From the NCBI RefSeq assembly GCF_009834535.1, contig NC_045697.1, positions 102,488,001 to 102,552,000 on the forward strand: DNA of 64,000 nucleotides. The letters are read 5' to 3'. This document shows positions 1 through 11,870 of this stretch, piece after piece (positions within the stretch are counted from its first letter, which is position 1; each line of letters begins with the position of its first letter). The notes beneath the pieces were generated by a model that worked only from the letters and a program-made list of their open reading frames with translations, was not told the origin of the DNA and made no database searches. This stretch comes from Camelus ferus. Taxonomy: Eukaryota. Both the position numbers and the translations under genes were made by a program.

Positions 1-972
1 GTAACTTGCAGAAATAATAAAACAGTTATAGTAACTAAATAGCAGTGGGTGCCAGGTCAAGAATACGAACTGAACCGTATGCTTGTATATACATTTCCTC
101 TCATTCCTTGGATCCTATTAAAAGAAGAATGTATCAGTTTAAAGGGGAGGGGAAAACACAGAGCAGTGAAGAACAGGAAGGAGCTTATCAATGGATGAAC
201 TATTTCAACATGGTTCTAGAAGACGGGAAGCTAGTGGAGGAGTGGAGTTCAAGAAGGCAGATGAGAAAAAGACACAGCCCAGAATAAACATGGAGTGTGG
301 GGCCTGCAGCCAAGGAGGGAGCCCTTCGGCCTCTCAGAGGGGGATGGGGTTACAGCCTCAGGACTCCAGGTGTGATGGGCAGCAGCGAACCTCAGAGGGC
401 TGGAAACAGAAGCATGTGGTCAAAGCCTGCTGCTAATTCCCCATCCTTGTATTCAGAACACACAGCAGCCAGGTGTTACCCTCTAGGCAAAAAAAAAAAA
501 AAAAAGTAGAAGAAGGGTTTTTTGTGTGTTTTCTAAATAAATCGAACACATTGTCTAGCATAAACAGAAGTAACTGTTGCTGTTGGAGCACAAGGAGAAG
601 TACGTTCGGAGAGTCGGGGTTCCCCCAGAGTGGTGGCAGAGGAAGGAAGACAGCCAGCGTCCGGCTTGAGAAGCAGAAAGCGGTGGACAGAGTTGAGAGG
701 GCTTGATACAAGAAGGGAAATGCAAATGTACTTAATGAGGGTCACTTCTTGTCACAAAGGGCAAAATGGAAAAACACCCGAAATAAACTCCTTCCAACTA
801 CCTGGTCAGGGTATAGACTAAGCCATAGGTCTAAGGAGGCAGAACATGACCACGAGCTGACAAGACGCAACTGAAGTGAAATGAACTTGGTGACTGTTAC
901 AGCCTAAAATTTTAAAGAAATTGAATTGGTTATCAAAAATGTCACCAGAAAAAAAAAAAAGAAAAAGAAAAA

Positions 973-3900
973 GAATTCTGCTTCTAGCCAAAATGGAGTA
1001 AGAGGGACTGGGTTTACCACCCTTCCTGAAACAACTAGACAGCTCCTCTTCTATTATTATGACCATGAGGGCTAAAAACCTGGACAAGGTTTTCAGGCAC
1101 TATGTATCAACCAAGTAGGCAGAGGCCACTGGTCCCTGAGAGAGGGAAAACAAACAAGGTGAGCCCCATGACTGTCCCAGCTTACTGCCCAGACAGAGTT
1201 TCCAGGCTGCGGTGCAGGGACAGGGAATCCAAACAAAACCAGGCACTAACCCTGCACTGAGGAGAGACACATGGAGTCTAGACAGGCCAAGAGCTGGAGT
1301 TCAAAAAGCAGAGGACTGGAGAGAAGACAGCTGTACAGAGAAGGAGCTACGGAGATCCACAGGGGATACCCCCTCCAGTTTTCATATTTAGTAGCATGTG
1401 CCTGTGGAGAAATTGCCTGAAGGGAAAGAACTGCTTGAAAAGAGCAGATATTCAGAGCTGAGGCAGGTCCAAGAATAGTTCATGTTCCAAACAGCCAGAG
1501 GAAAAAACATCATAATTCAAGGAAAATCAGGTAGAGCATTTACAATGATATTACCCCAGTAGTGGAAGAAATTAGCCTTAGATTAAAGGTGATTCTGGTT
1601 TTACCTAACAAGCGTTAAGAGCAGGCTTGGAAAGATCAAACTGTCACCAAGCCATTTAACCAAACTTCAGAGCAAAGCTCAAGAATACTTATGAGAATGT
1701 AATATTAAGCATCCAACAAGATAAAAATCAGGTTTGGAATTTAACAAAAAATTATCAAGCTGACAAAGAAGTAGGATGATATAAGCCATGATAAGGAGAA
1801 AAAACCGTGAATAAACACAGTCCCAGAATTAGCACAGATGACAGAAATGCTGGACAAGAACATTAAGACAGTTATTGTAATGAAATTTCATATGTTCAAG
1901 TATGTAGAGAAAAGACTCAGCAGGTAAAGTACAGACCTGATTTTTAAAAGAATCAAACTTTTCAAGATGAAAAATGCAATACTTGAAACAGAAAATACCT
2001 GAGCTAAAATGATAGCAGATTAGACATTGCAGAATTAAAGATTAGTGAATGTGACAATATAGAAATGAAAATGAAATACAGAGAGAATAAAAACTTAAAG
2101 TTGTGGGACATTTTCAAGTTGCCTAACAGATATATATAATTAGACTCCCCAAAGGAGAGGGAGAGAGGATATATTAAAGACATCATGGCTCCAAATTTTC
2201 CACATTTGATGAAATCTATAAACCCACAAATCCAAAAATCTCAACACACCCAAGCACAAGAAACATAAAACTATAGAAAGGCATAACAATTAAAAAGCTT
2301 ACACCCACTGATAAAGGGAAAATGTAACAAGCAACCAGAGAAAAATGTACATACATACAAAAAACAAAATAAAAGTGAGAGCAAGTTAAGTTCTCCTTGG
2401 AAAAATAGAGTTGATAGCAGAGCAACATCTGTAAAGCACTGGGGGAAGAAACGGTACAACAACCCTGTAAACCTAAATTCTATACCCAGCAAAACTGTCT
2501 TTCAAAAACAAAGGTAAAATAAAGACTGTCTGACTCAATCACACTCACACTATTACTACAAGGCTAACAAGAACTGTTAACACATGTGCTTCAGAGGAAA
2601 ATCATACCAATAAAAATCTAGATCTACACTAAGGAATGGAGAGCACCAAAATGTTAATTATGTGGTAGATATAAGAGATGTTTATTCTTATTTAAAATCT
2701 AAAAAATAAGTACCTGTCTAAAGAAAAAAGTAACAATACATACTGAGGTTTTAACATATGGGGAGCATATGTACAAAGGCTGGGAGGGGAAAATAAAAGT
2801 ATACTGTTAAGGTTTTTATACTATATATGAAATGCTATAATATTAACTGAAGGCACACTATAAGTTAAAAAAAATTCAAACTCTAAAGTAAGCATTAAGA
2901 AAAAAATTATAGCTAATAAGCCAATAACAGAGAAATTGGAATAAATTAAAATAATCCCAAAGAAGAGCTAAAGAATTAAAAGATAACAAAAAAATAGATG
3001 GGACACATAAAAAACAAATAGTACAGAGTTGGATTTTAAACCCAGCTGGATTGGTAATTACATCAAATGTAAAGGGGCTAAACACCTCAATTAAAAGTCA
3101 TAGGTCACATTGACAAAAATAAACAAAATCCAATTATATGCTGCCTACAATAAATGCACTTTAAATATGAAGACGGAAATAAATCAAAAGTAAAAGGATG
3201 AGAGGAAATCTGTTAACACTGATCAAGAGAAAGAAAGAGTGGTTATATTAATAACAAGTAGATTTTGGAGCAAAGATTATCAAGGATAAAGAAAGACATT
3301 TCAGAATGACAAAAGGAGGTAATTCATGAGGACGACATAACAGTCCTAAATGCTTATGCACTCAATTATCAGAGCTTCGAAACATATTTTAAAAGACTGA
3401 CAGAACTACAAGAAACAGGAAAATCCATAATACATTCAGAGCTGTCAATATTTATTCCTCTCTCAATAGCTGATAGAACAAGTGACAGAAAACCAATAAA
3501 GAAAGAAGACCAAACAACACTATCTAACAAATCAACCTACTTGACATTTACAGAACGTCCCACCCAACAGCAGCAAAGTGTACAATCTTCACCATTGTGG
3601 ACAGAATGTTTACCAATATAGACCATTTTCCTACCCATAAAAGTTCCCCAAATTTTTAAAAGAATCAATTCGTACAGATTAAGCTCTGACTACAATGGAA
3701 TTGAATTAGAATCAACAACAGAAAGGCTTCAACAACAACAACAAAATCCCCAAGTACTGAGACATTTATTACCTACTGGTCAAGAAGAACTCAAAGGGGA
3801 AATTAGCATTTTGAACTGAATGCAACTGAGAGCACAACACTGCAAATTTTGTGGGATGTGGCTAAATGCCGTACCACGAGGAAAATGCATATTGCTAAAT

Positions 3901-4320
3901 GCCTACGTTAGAAAAAAAGAGAGGTCCCAAATTAATGACCTCAGGTTCCATCTTAAGAAAGTAGCTAAATCAAAGCAAATTAAACCCAAAGTAAGCAGAA
4001 GAGAGTAAACAATAAAGATCAGAGGGGAAATAAACTAAAAAACAAAAACAAAAACAAAAAGAAGATCAGAAAAATAGGAAAAAAATTAATGAAACCAAGA
4101 ACTGGTTCTTTGATGAAACCAAAAAAAATTGATAAACCTCCAGCCACACTGATCATAAAATAAGACAGAAGACACAAACTGTCAATATTAGGAATGAGTG
4201 AGGTGACATTTCTATAGAATCTATAGAATAAAAGGATTAACACATCAATATTATGAACAACTTTATGTCAACAGATGAAATGGACAAATTCCTTGAAAAA
4301 TATAGGCTATCAGAGTTCAC
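973..4320 (+). mobile_element. Old decayed LINE-1 (L1M type): 5' region, ORF1 remnant and ORF2 N-terminal remnant
   Basis: A-rich plus strand; ORF2 start-like attacatcaaatgtaaaggggctaaacacctcaattaaaag (~3057); ORF 3820-4008 (NAVPRGKCILLNAYVRKKERSQINDLRFHLKK...KPKVSRRE) resembles L1 ORF2; many stops and frameshifts. Confidence 0.88.
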
Positions 4321-4661
4321 AGCTGCCCCTTCTCCAGAGCACTGTTCTTGGCAGAACAGGACCTGTCTCCCTGAGGGCAACCTGCAAACAGTAACCAATT
4401 GATACGTAGGTGAAAAAAAATCAGTCCACTCCACCTCACTCTGCGCCAGGATGGGACCAACTCTGTGGTGCACTTCGTGCTCAAGAGATTCCTTGTGAGA
4501 TCAGACTGAAGCCAGTCTCCAGCTTACATCCTTAGCCTCATCCTTCCTCAGCTTTGTTCTCCTGCCCTATCCTGCTTCCATCACTCTCCTTTTCCTTCAG
4601 TAAAGCACCTGCCCAGGGATCCCTGTCTTGAGCTCTGCTTACTGGCCATCTGACCTAAGAC
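4320..4661 (+). mobile_element. ERVL LTR fragment (LTR16-like)
   Basis: Ends in the typical ...atccctgtcttgagctctgctt...ctgacctaagaca; internal gggaccaactctgtggtgc. Confidence 0.65.
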
Positions 4662-4764
4662 AGCGCAGAAGAGGGAGGCTGGAAGGCAGTGATGAAAAAG
4701 GTCCTATTCCTTCCTCCTTCCTCACCATTCCTGTCTGCATCACCCCAGCAGTGCCCCCTTATCT

Positions 4765-5184
4765 TGTATTATGGACTAAACTCTGTCCCTCTCAAAAGAT
4801 GTTTAAGTCTTAACCCCCAGTACCTGTGAATGTGGCCTTAACTGAGAATTAGGTGCTGGCAAATGAGTGAGCTAAGATGACGTAGACATTAATCCAACAT
4901 GACTGATGTCCTCAAAAGAGGGGGAAATACAGACACAGAGACAGACATGCATGGAAGGAAGAAGATGTGACGCCACAGGGAGGACACCAGCTACAAACCA
5001 AGGAAAGGAATGCCTGAGGCTCCCAGGACTGAGAGCCCAGAACGGATTCTCCCTAAGGAACCAACACTGCCCACTCTTGGATTTCCGACTTCCAGCCGCC
5101 AGATCTGTGAGAGAATGCTCTTTGCTTGCTTTCAGCCACCTAGTTCGTGGTACTTTGCCATGGCAGCCCTAGGAAATTAACCCA
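4765..5184 (+). mobile_element. MaLR solo LTR (MLT1B-like)
   Basis: cccccagtacctgtgaatgtggcctta ... ttccagccgccagatctgtgagag ... agccacctagttcgtggtactttgccatggcagccctaggaaattaa. Confidence 0.8.
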
Positions 5185-5529
5185 TCCTGTCAGTGTCAGT
5201 CAGTTCGTGCCCAGTTTTCTCCCAGCACACCCACAGTCAACTTCATGTCACCTTCACGGGGGTATCTGCATCAGCTGGGCAACAACCCCTAGGGCTCCTG
5301 AGTCAGCTTCTAGGCTTTGGTAACCCCAACTTCCCGTGTTCCTCGATCCCCAGGGATGGGAGCTGCCTACTGCAGTCACTTTTACTTCATTGATCTTTTT
5401 TAACTGTTTTCAGTTTCTCAACACCCATTTAACTAAGTCCTTATGTTTAATTTGCTCTGTGGGAACAGGAAATAGCTATTATGTTTAATAATACATTAAT
5501 AAATGGCATTTCTTTATTTTTGACAAGAC

Positions 5530-6370
5530 CCCTGAGTCATGACCATTTCATTCAGAGGAAAAAGCCAAGGTCCATAACATAGTTTTTAAATCCTATGCAA
5601 TCCAGGCCCCTGGCTACTTCTCTACCCTCACTTCTTGTCATTTCCTCTGTCACCCACTCTACTCCAGCTGCACTGGTCTCTTTGCTAATCCTGAAACATA
5701 CCAAGCATGCTTGCTTTATGGCCTTTGACTTGCTGTTCCCTGTGCTTACAGACATACGCGGGCATGTAGCTCACTGCTTCAACTCTCTGCCCACATATCT
5801 ACGCCCCAGTCTCTGGAGACAGTTTCCTGACAATGTACAATCACCCCTGGGATCCACAAGGAATTGATTCCAGGACCCCCGGACGCCACAATCCACAGGT
5901 GCTCAAGTCCCTTATACAAAATGGCATAGTATTTGCATATAAGCCATGCACATCCTCCAGGACACTTTAAATCATCCCTAGATTATTTAAAATACTCAAT
6001 ACAATGTAAGTGCTATATAAATAGTTGTGAATACAATGTAAATGCTATGTAAATAGTTGCCAGCACATGGCAAATTTCAGTTTTGCTTTTTGTAACTGAA
6101 TGGAATTAAAAAAAAATTTTCGATGGCAGCTGATTGAATCCCCAGACGTGGAACTTGCAGATACGAAGGGATATAAAATGACTATTTCTCTCCAGCACCG
6201 CACTCGTTCCTCGCGCCCCTTCTCTCTGTAGCACTCACCCTCTGGCACATTCTGTGGCTACTTGTTGTCTGTCTGCCCCAGTGGAAAGAAGTTTCATGCT
6301 CCATGAAAGAAGTTTCATTCACTGCTGTGTCCCCAGTACCCAGAGCGGGATCTGGCACACAGCAGGTACC
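5530..6370 (+). mobile_element. LINE-2 3' fragment, interrupted by a MER2 insertion
   Basis: cactctactccagctgcactggtctctttgct...ggcctttgacttgctgttccct before the insertion and ttcactgctgtgtccccagtacccagagc...tggcacacagcagg after it. Confidence 0.65.
5838..6172. mobile_element. MER2B-like TcMar-Tigger DNA transposon
   Basis: gattccaggacccc...gctcaagtcccttatacaaaatggcatagtatttgcatataa and the duplicated aatacaatgtaa(g/a)tgctat unit typical of the MER2 family. Confidence 0.8.
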
Positions 6371-7137
6371 AACTTTTAAACTAAAGACTGAATAACTCTA
6401 GAAAAAACCCCTACCAGCAACCCTACCACTGTTGTCAGCGTACTTGAACGATAACCAGTCTTTAGTTTTTAAAGGCTGTGTATTTATTCTCTGGCTTTCT
6501 TGGCTGCCCTTCCTGGGGGGAATCATCCTTTAGTAACAAGGTCTCCTGAAATTCCTTGGTGAAGGTGCACTTTAAGTTGTGTTTTCCCTTCTGTTTAACA
6601 ATTAAAATTTTTTATAATGCAAGTACTCCCTCCATGTAAACCTTTAAAAAGCATTAAGTGAAATGAGGCTAGACAGCCGCATTCATCGAGAGGCTGGCAC
6701 CGTATGATGAGGCTGATCGGGACTGTGCTGGGGTGACCAGGAGGAAGGAAATGTAATTCCTGCCTGCACAGAGCTTCCAATCACATAGAATTCCCACGTA
6801 TGGAAAAAACCTCAGACGGTTATGATCAATGCAAAAATGAAAACAAACCAAGAAAATACGTGCCAGTTAGATGAGAAGCCATGGCTGAAGGGCCATTCGA
6901 ACTAAAATTCCTAAAAGCTGAAAACCAGGATTTAAAGAAAGAAGCAAAGATCATCAAAGACAAAGTACTCACAAGAGAAAATGACACGTACATGAACATA
7001 ACTTCATTAGTTACCCAGTCTATAAACTACACTATGAATTTGGCTAGAGCCTCTCCTTTCTTAGTTACCTACTTTATTCTGTGCTTTCCCTTAAATGTAT
7101 CGTATTCTACTCTGAACTCAAATGCTTCTGGACTTTA

Positions 7138-7563
7138 TCTTTTTTAATTGAAGGATGGTTGATTTATAATGTTTCAGGTATACAACAAAGTGGTTCAGTT
7201 ATACATCGATACATTCTTTTCCAGATTCATTTCCATTATAGGTTATTACAAGATAATGACTATAGTTCCCTGTGTTACATAGTGGGACCTTGTTGTTTAT
7301 CTACTTCATATATAGTAGTGTGTATCTGTTAATCCCAAATTCCTAATTTATCCCTCCCCCAACCCCCTTCCCATTTGATAACTGTAAGTTTGCTTTCTAT
7401 ATCTGAGTCTATTTCTGTTTTATAAATAAGTTCATTTGTACCATGTTTTTAGATTCCATAAGTGATACCATGTATTTGTCTTTCTCTATCTGACTTACTT
7501 CGCTTAGTATGATAATCTCTAGATCCATCCATGTTGCTGCAGATGGCATTATTTCCTTCCTTT
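7138..7563 (-). mobile_element. 5'-truncated LINE-1 3' end with target-site duplication
   Basis: Minus ORF gives EIMPSAATWMDLEIIILSEVSQIEKDKY (L1 ORF2 C-terminus); flanked by TTCTGGACTTTA (7126-7137) and TTCTGAACTTTA (7564-7575). Confidence 0.9.
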
Positions 7564-7749
7564 TTCTGAACTTTAGATGGCAGAGAGGCAGCATTTCATA
7601 AACTCCTTCGAGCTCACCCTCAGGTCCCAGCTGACATGTCATTTTCACAGGGAGGCTGTTTCCAGTCACCTAATCTGAAATAAATGTGCCTTGTTATTTT
7701 CCATCTTAGGATTTCTTTTCATAGCCTTTACTGTAATTTATAATCACAA

Positions 7750-10700
7750 GTTTATTTGTGACCTTATCATTTGTCTTCCTTACTAGATTAGTAACTACCT
7801 ACAGGCAGGGTGTTTGTATTATTTTTCATTACTGTATACATTAGCACAGTGCCTGGCACTTAATATGTATTTGTTGAAATGGAATTAAATAGTAAATACT
7901 CCTGTGAAGTCCAGAAATCCATATATAAAACTGATTCCCATACCCAAAGTAGTTTAAAATAAAACTTACCAAATTTAAGTCATGCTAACTTCTGATACAT
8001 AGACATAACTGTGCATACATACATATGTAAATACACATATACATAATTCCTATCTATGATCATATTCTGAGCTTTACCTATGAAATCAATTTCAATTTGG
8101 GTCAGTTTTTTCATCTTTTGCAAGAAACGTCATTTGTTCATAAAAATCTTGAATCCATCGGAGGCAAAGAATATAATCCAGGTAGGACTGCGATATGGGA
8201 GTGGGATGGTCAGACTTGCCACTAGCCCAACCAGGGTGCACTGGTGCAAATTAGAAAAAGAAGCCACATCGTCTGTGCAGACACGGCCATGCACCAATCA
8301 ACTGGGCTTGGTGAGTGGATCATGAGCAGGATTTCAACTCCCATTTGCTGCCTCAGCCAGTGCCTTGCATGGGTACAACCTGCATGGAGGTGGAGGTGCT
8401 AGGGGGACCGATCAGTGCGGTGATCTGGCCACCCCTGTACAACTCCATTCCTTGCTTAAAAAAATAAAGCTGGATTTAATTTGTCTGCATGAGTTTGGTC
8501 GGGTAGGGTCTCTTCTTCTCACCACTTCTGATGATTTAGCTGAAGAGGGCGATCTCTCTGATGGAAGAAGATCATTTTTCACATTCAAGTGCTGCAGATG
8601 GCTGTGTAAACTCCAAGAGGGCTTTCGTGGTTTAATTTTAGGAAATAGCCCAAAGTTGATTCTTGATTCCTAAAAAACTATGCTGTCAATCTGGCTGTAG
8701 ATGAGCTTTGCAATTCGCTCTGCAAAAAACGAATCAGAAGTTAGTTCACTAGTATAACACTGCTTAGTGACTATTTGGAAATTACATCAGTGGCACTGAA
8801 ACTAAATGCAGCTAATTCATCAGTGACCCAGTTGACTATCACAACTAACGCAGAAAGAACAAGTTTGTATCATTTCAGTAATCTTTTATAAACTCTCTAC
8901 ATCTACTTAGGCTCACAGGTCATAACATCTGCATATTTTTTTAAAACCAAAATTAACTTACTTTTAAGTGTTCTTAGTCTTTAAGTACAAACCATGAGGA
9001 AGGCCTGTTCCCGTTCCAAAACTACAAAGATGAACTCATCACTTGGAGAGGGAGCATAAACCATTGAAATATAATTTTTAAAGGATTTTTATTTTGGAAA
9101 AACAACCTAAAACTGGTATTTAGGAATACAGCCTTGGAGAGTGGAAAGCTAGGTTGGGTCTCCGGTTTTTAAACCACCTAATTAGATGAGATTGTGCAAG
9201 TGATTTAATCTTGATGGGGTTCCCTTCCAGATTTGTTTATTAAAGGAGAGTTTAAAGTCTTAAAGTCTTTATAGCTCTATGATTTATTTTACATTAAAAG
9301 TCTTCAAAGCAGGAAGAATGTCAGATAAAGCAGTCTGTGGGATCAGAAGTGGCATTTGCAATCACAAGCATACAGAAGTCTTGTGTATACAAGAGGCCCT
9401 GGAAGAAACGTTAAGTACGTCATCGGGACCCTACGCTGAGCTCAGGACTGGACGAAACATCCCAGCAGATTCTTTTCAGTTATTCCAATCTGTCACCTCT
9501 TTTGGGAAAAAAACCTAGCTCCACTAGTAAATCCGGGCCCAGGAAGTGAAAGCCAGTCGACTACTTTAAAAATAATTAGTTCAATCAGCTATCCACCTCA
9601 CCGTCACCAGCTTTCACATTAGCTTGGAGAAATCTGTGTCCAGAGAAGCGGAGCAAATCCAAATATGGTGAACGTTCTTCCGCTGCCAAAATGAGAAAAC
9701 TGCCTTATCTCGTCCTCAAAACCCATCTACCAGAAAGTCAGCTCCCCTGTTAAATATTCAAGTGGGCAGAAAGCACATTTGGTGATGCAACTCCGTGGAG
9801 ACTCCTCCTGATACCAACTTGAGGGGATCCAGTCAACGTCAAGCTACCACACTTGATAATGCACTAATTGCTTTAGAAACTCTTTACGCAGACTTGGTCT
9901 AGCGGGCGGGGGGGGGGGGGCGAGTTAATTTATTTAGATACATGGGATACGAAGCACCTCCTCCTTCTTGACGCCCGCAAACCTACTACTACTAATCCTT
10001 CTTCCAGAGTTGACGCCTCTTAAGTCTCCTCAGGATTTTTTTTTTCCATTTAAAACGAACCATATTCCCAGGCTAGCTCCCTCCCTGCTACTCCACCTGG
10101 GGCAGGGGAACCTGCGTCCCTGAGTTCCGGGGGAGGCGCCAGCCGGACCGGCTGAGTTCCAGGGCACAGGTAGGGCCCTCGAAAGGGGCGTTCGGGGCCA
10201 CCTGGCCCAGGACCTGGGCGGGGGCAGTCCCTCCAGGGGACTGACTCGGCCCGGACACCCCACCCCACGCACACGTGCCGCTTCAGGCGCGCGCAGACCT
10301 GAGGCACGGATGGGTACGTCTTCTCAGCACAGTCTTCCAATCATCTCAACATACTCAGCGGCTTGCAGCTTCTGGGCTGTCCCGCTCCGCCTCAAAAAAC
10401 AGACCCCCCAGGAAGATTTTTACCGGCTGGAGCTTCACATTGTCAATCACCAGGGGACAGGGGGGTCCGTGTGGGCCACGGGAGGAAAAGGGGCCGGAAA
10501 GCTCCCTCCCGCCAACTCCAGCCCACTGGGTTCATCCTCCCTCCCGGGCGAGGGGCGGGCCGAAGCCGGGGTAGGGGAGGCCCTGGAAGGGTCCCCTCCC
10601 TTCTCACCTCCCGCAGTCCTCTCTTACTCACTTGCTCTCGGAGCCTCAGCTCGGCAGCCTAACGCCCGGGGTCGCGCGGAGGGGCTACTGGAGCAGAGAG

Positions 10701-10900
10701 GAGCCGGCGGGGAGCCTCCGGGCCGCGCCCCAGTCCCAGGCGGACCGACGGGCGACCAGGGCCATGCACGCCCCCACCCGGGCGGCGTGGCGCGGCGAGG
10801 CGGGCGCGCCGTGCTCCGCGCCCTCGAGGCTGGCTCCGAGGGCTCCGCTGGACCCTCCCCCTCCGCCCGCCGCCGCGGCCCACGGCCCCTCCCCGCCGCA
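7750..10900 (-). ncRNA. Putative divergent antisense lncRNA, HHIP-AS1-like (ends uncertain)
   Basis: Minus-strand donors GAG|GTGAGA (10602-10610) and CAA|GTGAGT (10626-10634); minus-strand branch point and acceptor ACTAACTTCTGATTCGTTTTTTGCAG (8720-8745); minus-strand AATAAA at 7751-7756. Human HHIP-AS1 is known to be transcribed head-to-head with HHIP. Confidence 0.45.
8211..8390. mobile_element. MER91-like hAT DNA transposon remnant
   Basis: gccactagccca...gtgcaaattagaaaaag...ggcttggtgagtgga...acaacctgca matches my recollection of MER91A. Confidence 0.55.
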
Positions 10901-10989
10901 CCCCGGAGGCCGCCGGGGCCGGGGGACGCGCTCGCGCCGGGGCCGCCCCTCCCCTCCCCCCACCCTGGGCGGGGGCGCGCGAGAAGCGG

Positions 10990-10997
10990 TGACGTCA
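10990..10997. promoter_or_regulatory. Full palindromic cAMP response element (CRE)
   Basis: TGACGTCA, about 36 bp upstream of a TATA-like TTAAAAA (11034-11040). Confidence 0.7.
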
Positions 10998-11069
10998 AGG
11001 GGCGCGCGGTGGCAGCACCTCCCCGCGCGCTAGTTAAAAAGAAGAAGAAAAGAGGGAACGAAACATGAG

Positions 11070-11591
11070 AGGCTGTGTGAGAAGCTGCAGCCGCCGGCAG
11101 AGGAGACCTCAGCATCATCTAGAGCCCAGCGCTGGCCCTGCCTCCGCCTGCCCCGCCGCCGCCGCCGCCGCCGTTTCTGTTCCTGCTACTGTCTCACCTA
11201 AACAACTCCCGTTACACGGACAAGTGAACCTCTGTGGCCGTCTTCTCCTCCTCTTCTTCCTCCTCCTCTTCCAACTTCTCCTCCTCCTCCCACTTCCCAG
11301 CCGCAGCAGAAAGCCCCCCACCCAACTGACACTGGCACCACTGCAAACGGTGTCAACTGCACAACTTTATCTCGCTCCTCGGGCTCCCCTAAGGCATCGG
11401 GCCCATCGCTTCGTCTTATTTTTTGCAAAGTTGCATCGCTCTACATCTTTTCGCACCCGCCACCTCTCTCTGCCTCTCGAGTGTCCTGCCGCCCTGCAGC
11501 CTCCTCCTGGAGCTGCGCCCTAGTGCCCCTGCTGGGCAGTGGCGTTCCCCTCCGTCCTCCCGCGCCCAGCCCCTGCCGCGCGGGGCAGACG
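11070..11591 (+). other. HHIP: HHIP 5'UTR (start approximate)
   Basis: Lies between the TATA-like element and the ATG; contains (CCG)7 and a CT-rich tract; no ATG between 11068 and 11591. Confidence 0.65.
11153..11173 (+). repeat. (CCG)7 trinucleotide repeat in 5'UTR
   Basis: ccgccgccgccgccgccgccg read directly. Confidence 0.95.
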
Positions 11592-11870
11592 ATGCTGAAG
11601 ATGCTCTCCTTTAAGCTGCTGCTGCTGGCCGTGGCTCTGGGCTTCTTTGAAGGAGATGCTAAGTTTGGGGAAAGAAACGAAGGGAGCGGAGCGAGGAGGA
11701 GAAGGTGCCTGAATGGGACCCCCCCGAAGCGCCTGAAAAGGAGAGATAGGCGGATGATGTCCCAGCTGGAGCTGCTGAGTGGGGGAGAGATGCCGTGCGG
11801 TGGCTTCTACCCTCGGCTGTCCTGCTGCCTGCGGAGTGACAGCCCGGGGCTGGGGCGCCTGGATAACAAG
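11592..11870 (+). CDS. HHIP: Hedgehog-interacting protein, coding exon 1 (aa 1-93; signal peptide, basic heparan-sulfate-binding clusters, start of cysteine-rich domain)
   Basis: Translates MLKMLSFKLLLLAVALGFFEGDAKFGERNEGSGARRRRCLNGTPPKRLKRRDRR...SPGLGRLDNK, recognisable as the HHIP N-terminus; 279 nt; donor AAG|GTAGGC at 11871. Confidence 0.98.

Noticed and set aside
2000..4320. Possible active LINE-1 or retrogene ORFs
   Set aside because: Heavily interrupted by stops and frameshifts and ending before the reverse transcriptase domain.
10030..11120. Many overlapping long ORFs (up to 252 aa) on both strands
   Set aside because: Pro/Gly/Arg/Ala-rich products expected from stop-poor CpG-island DNA; no recognisable domain.
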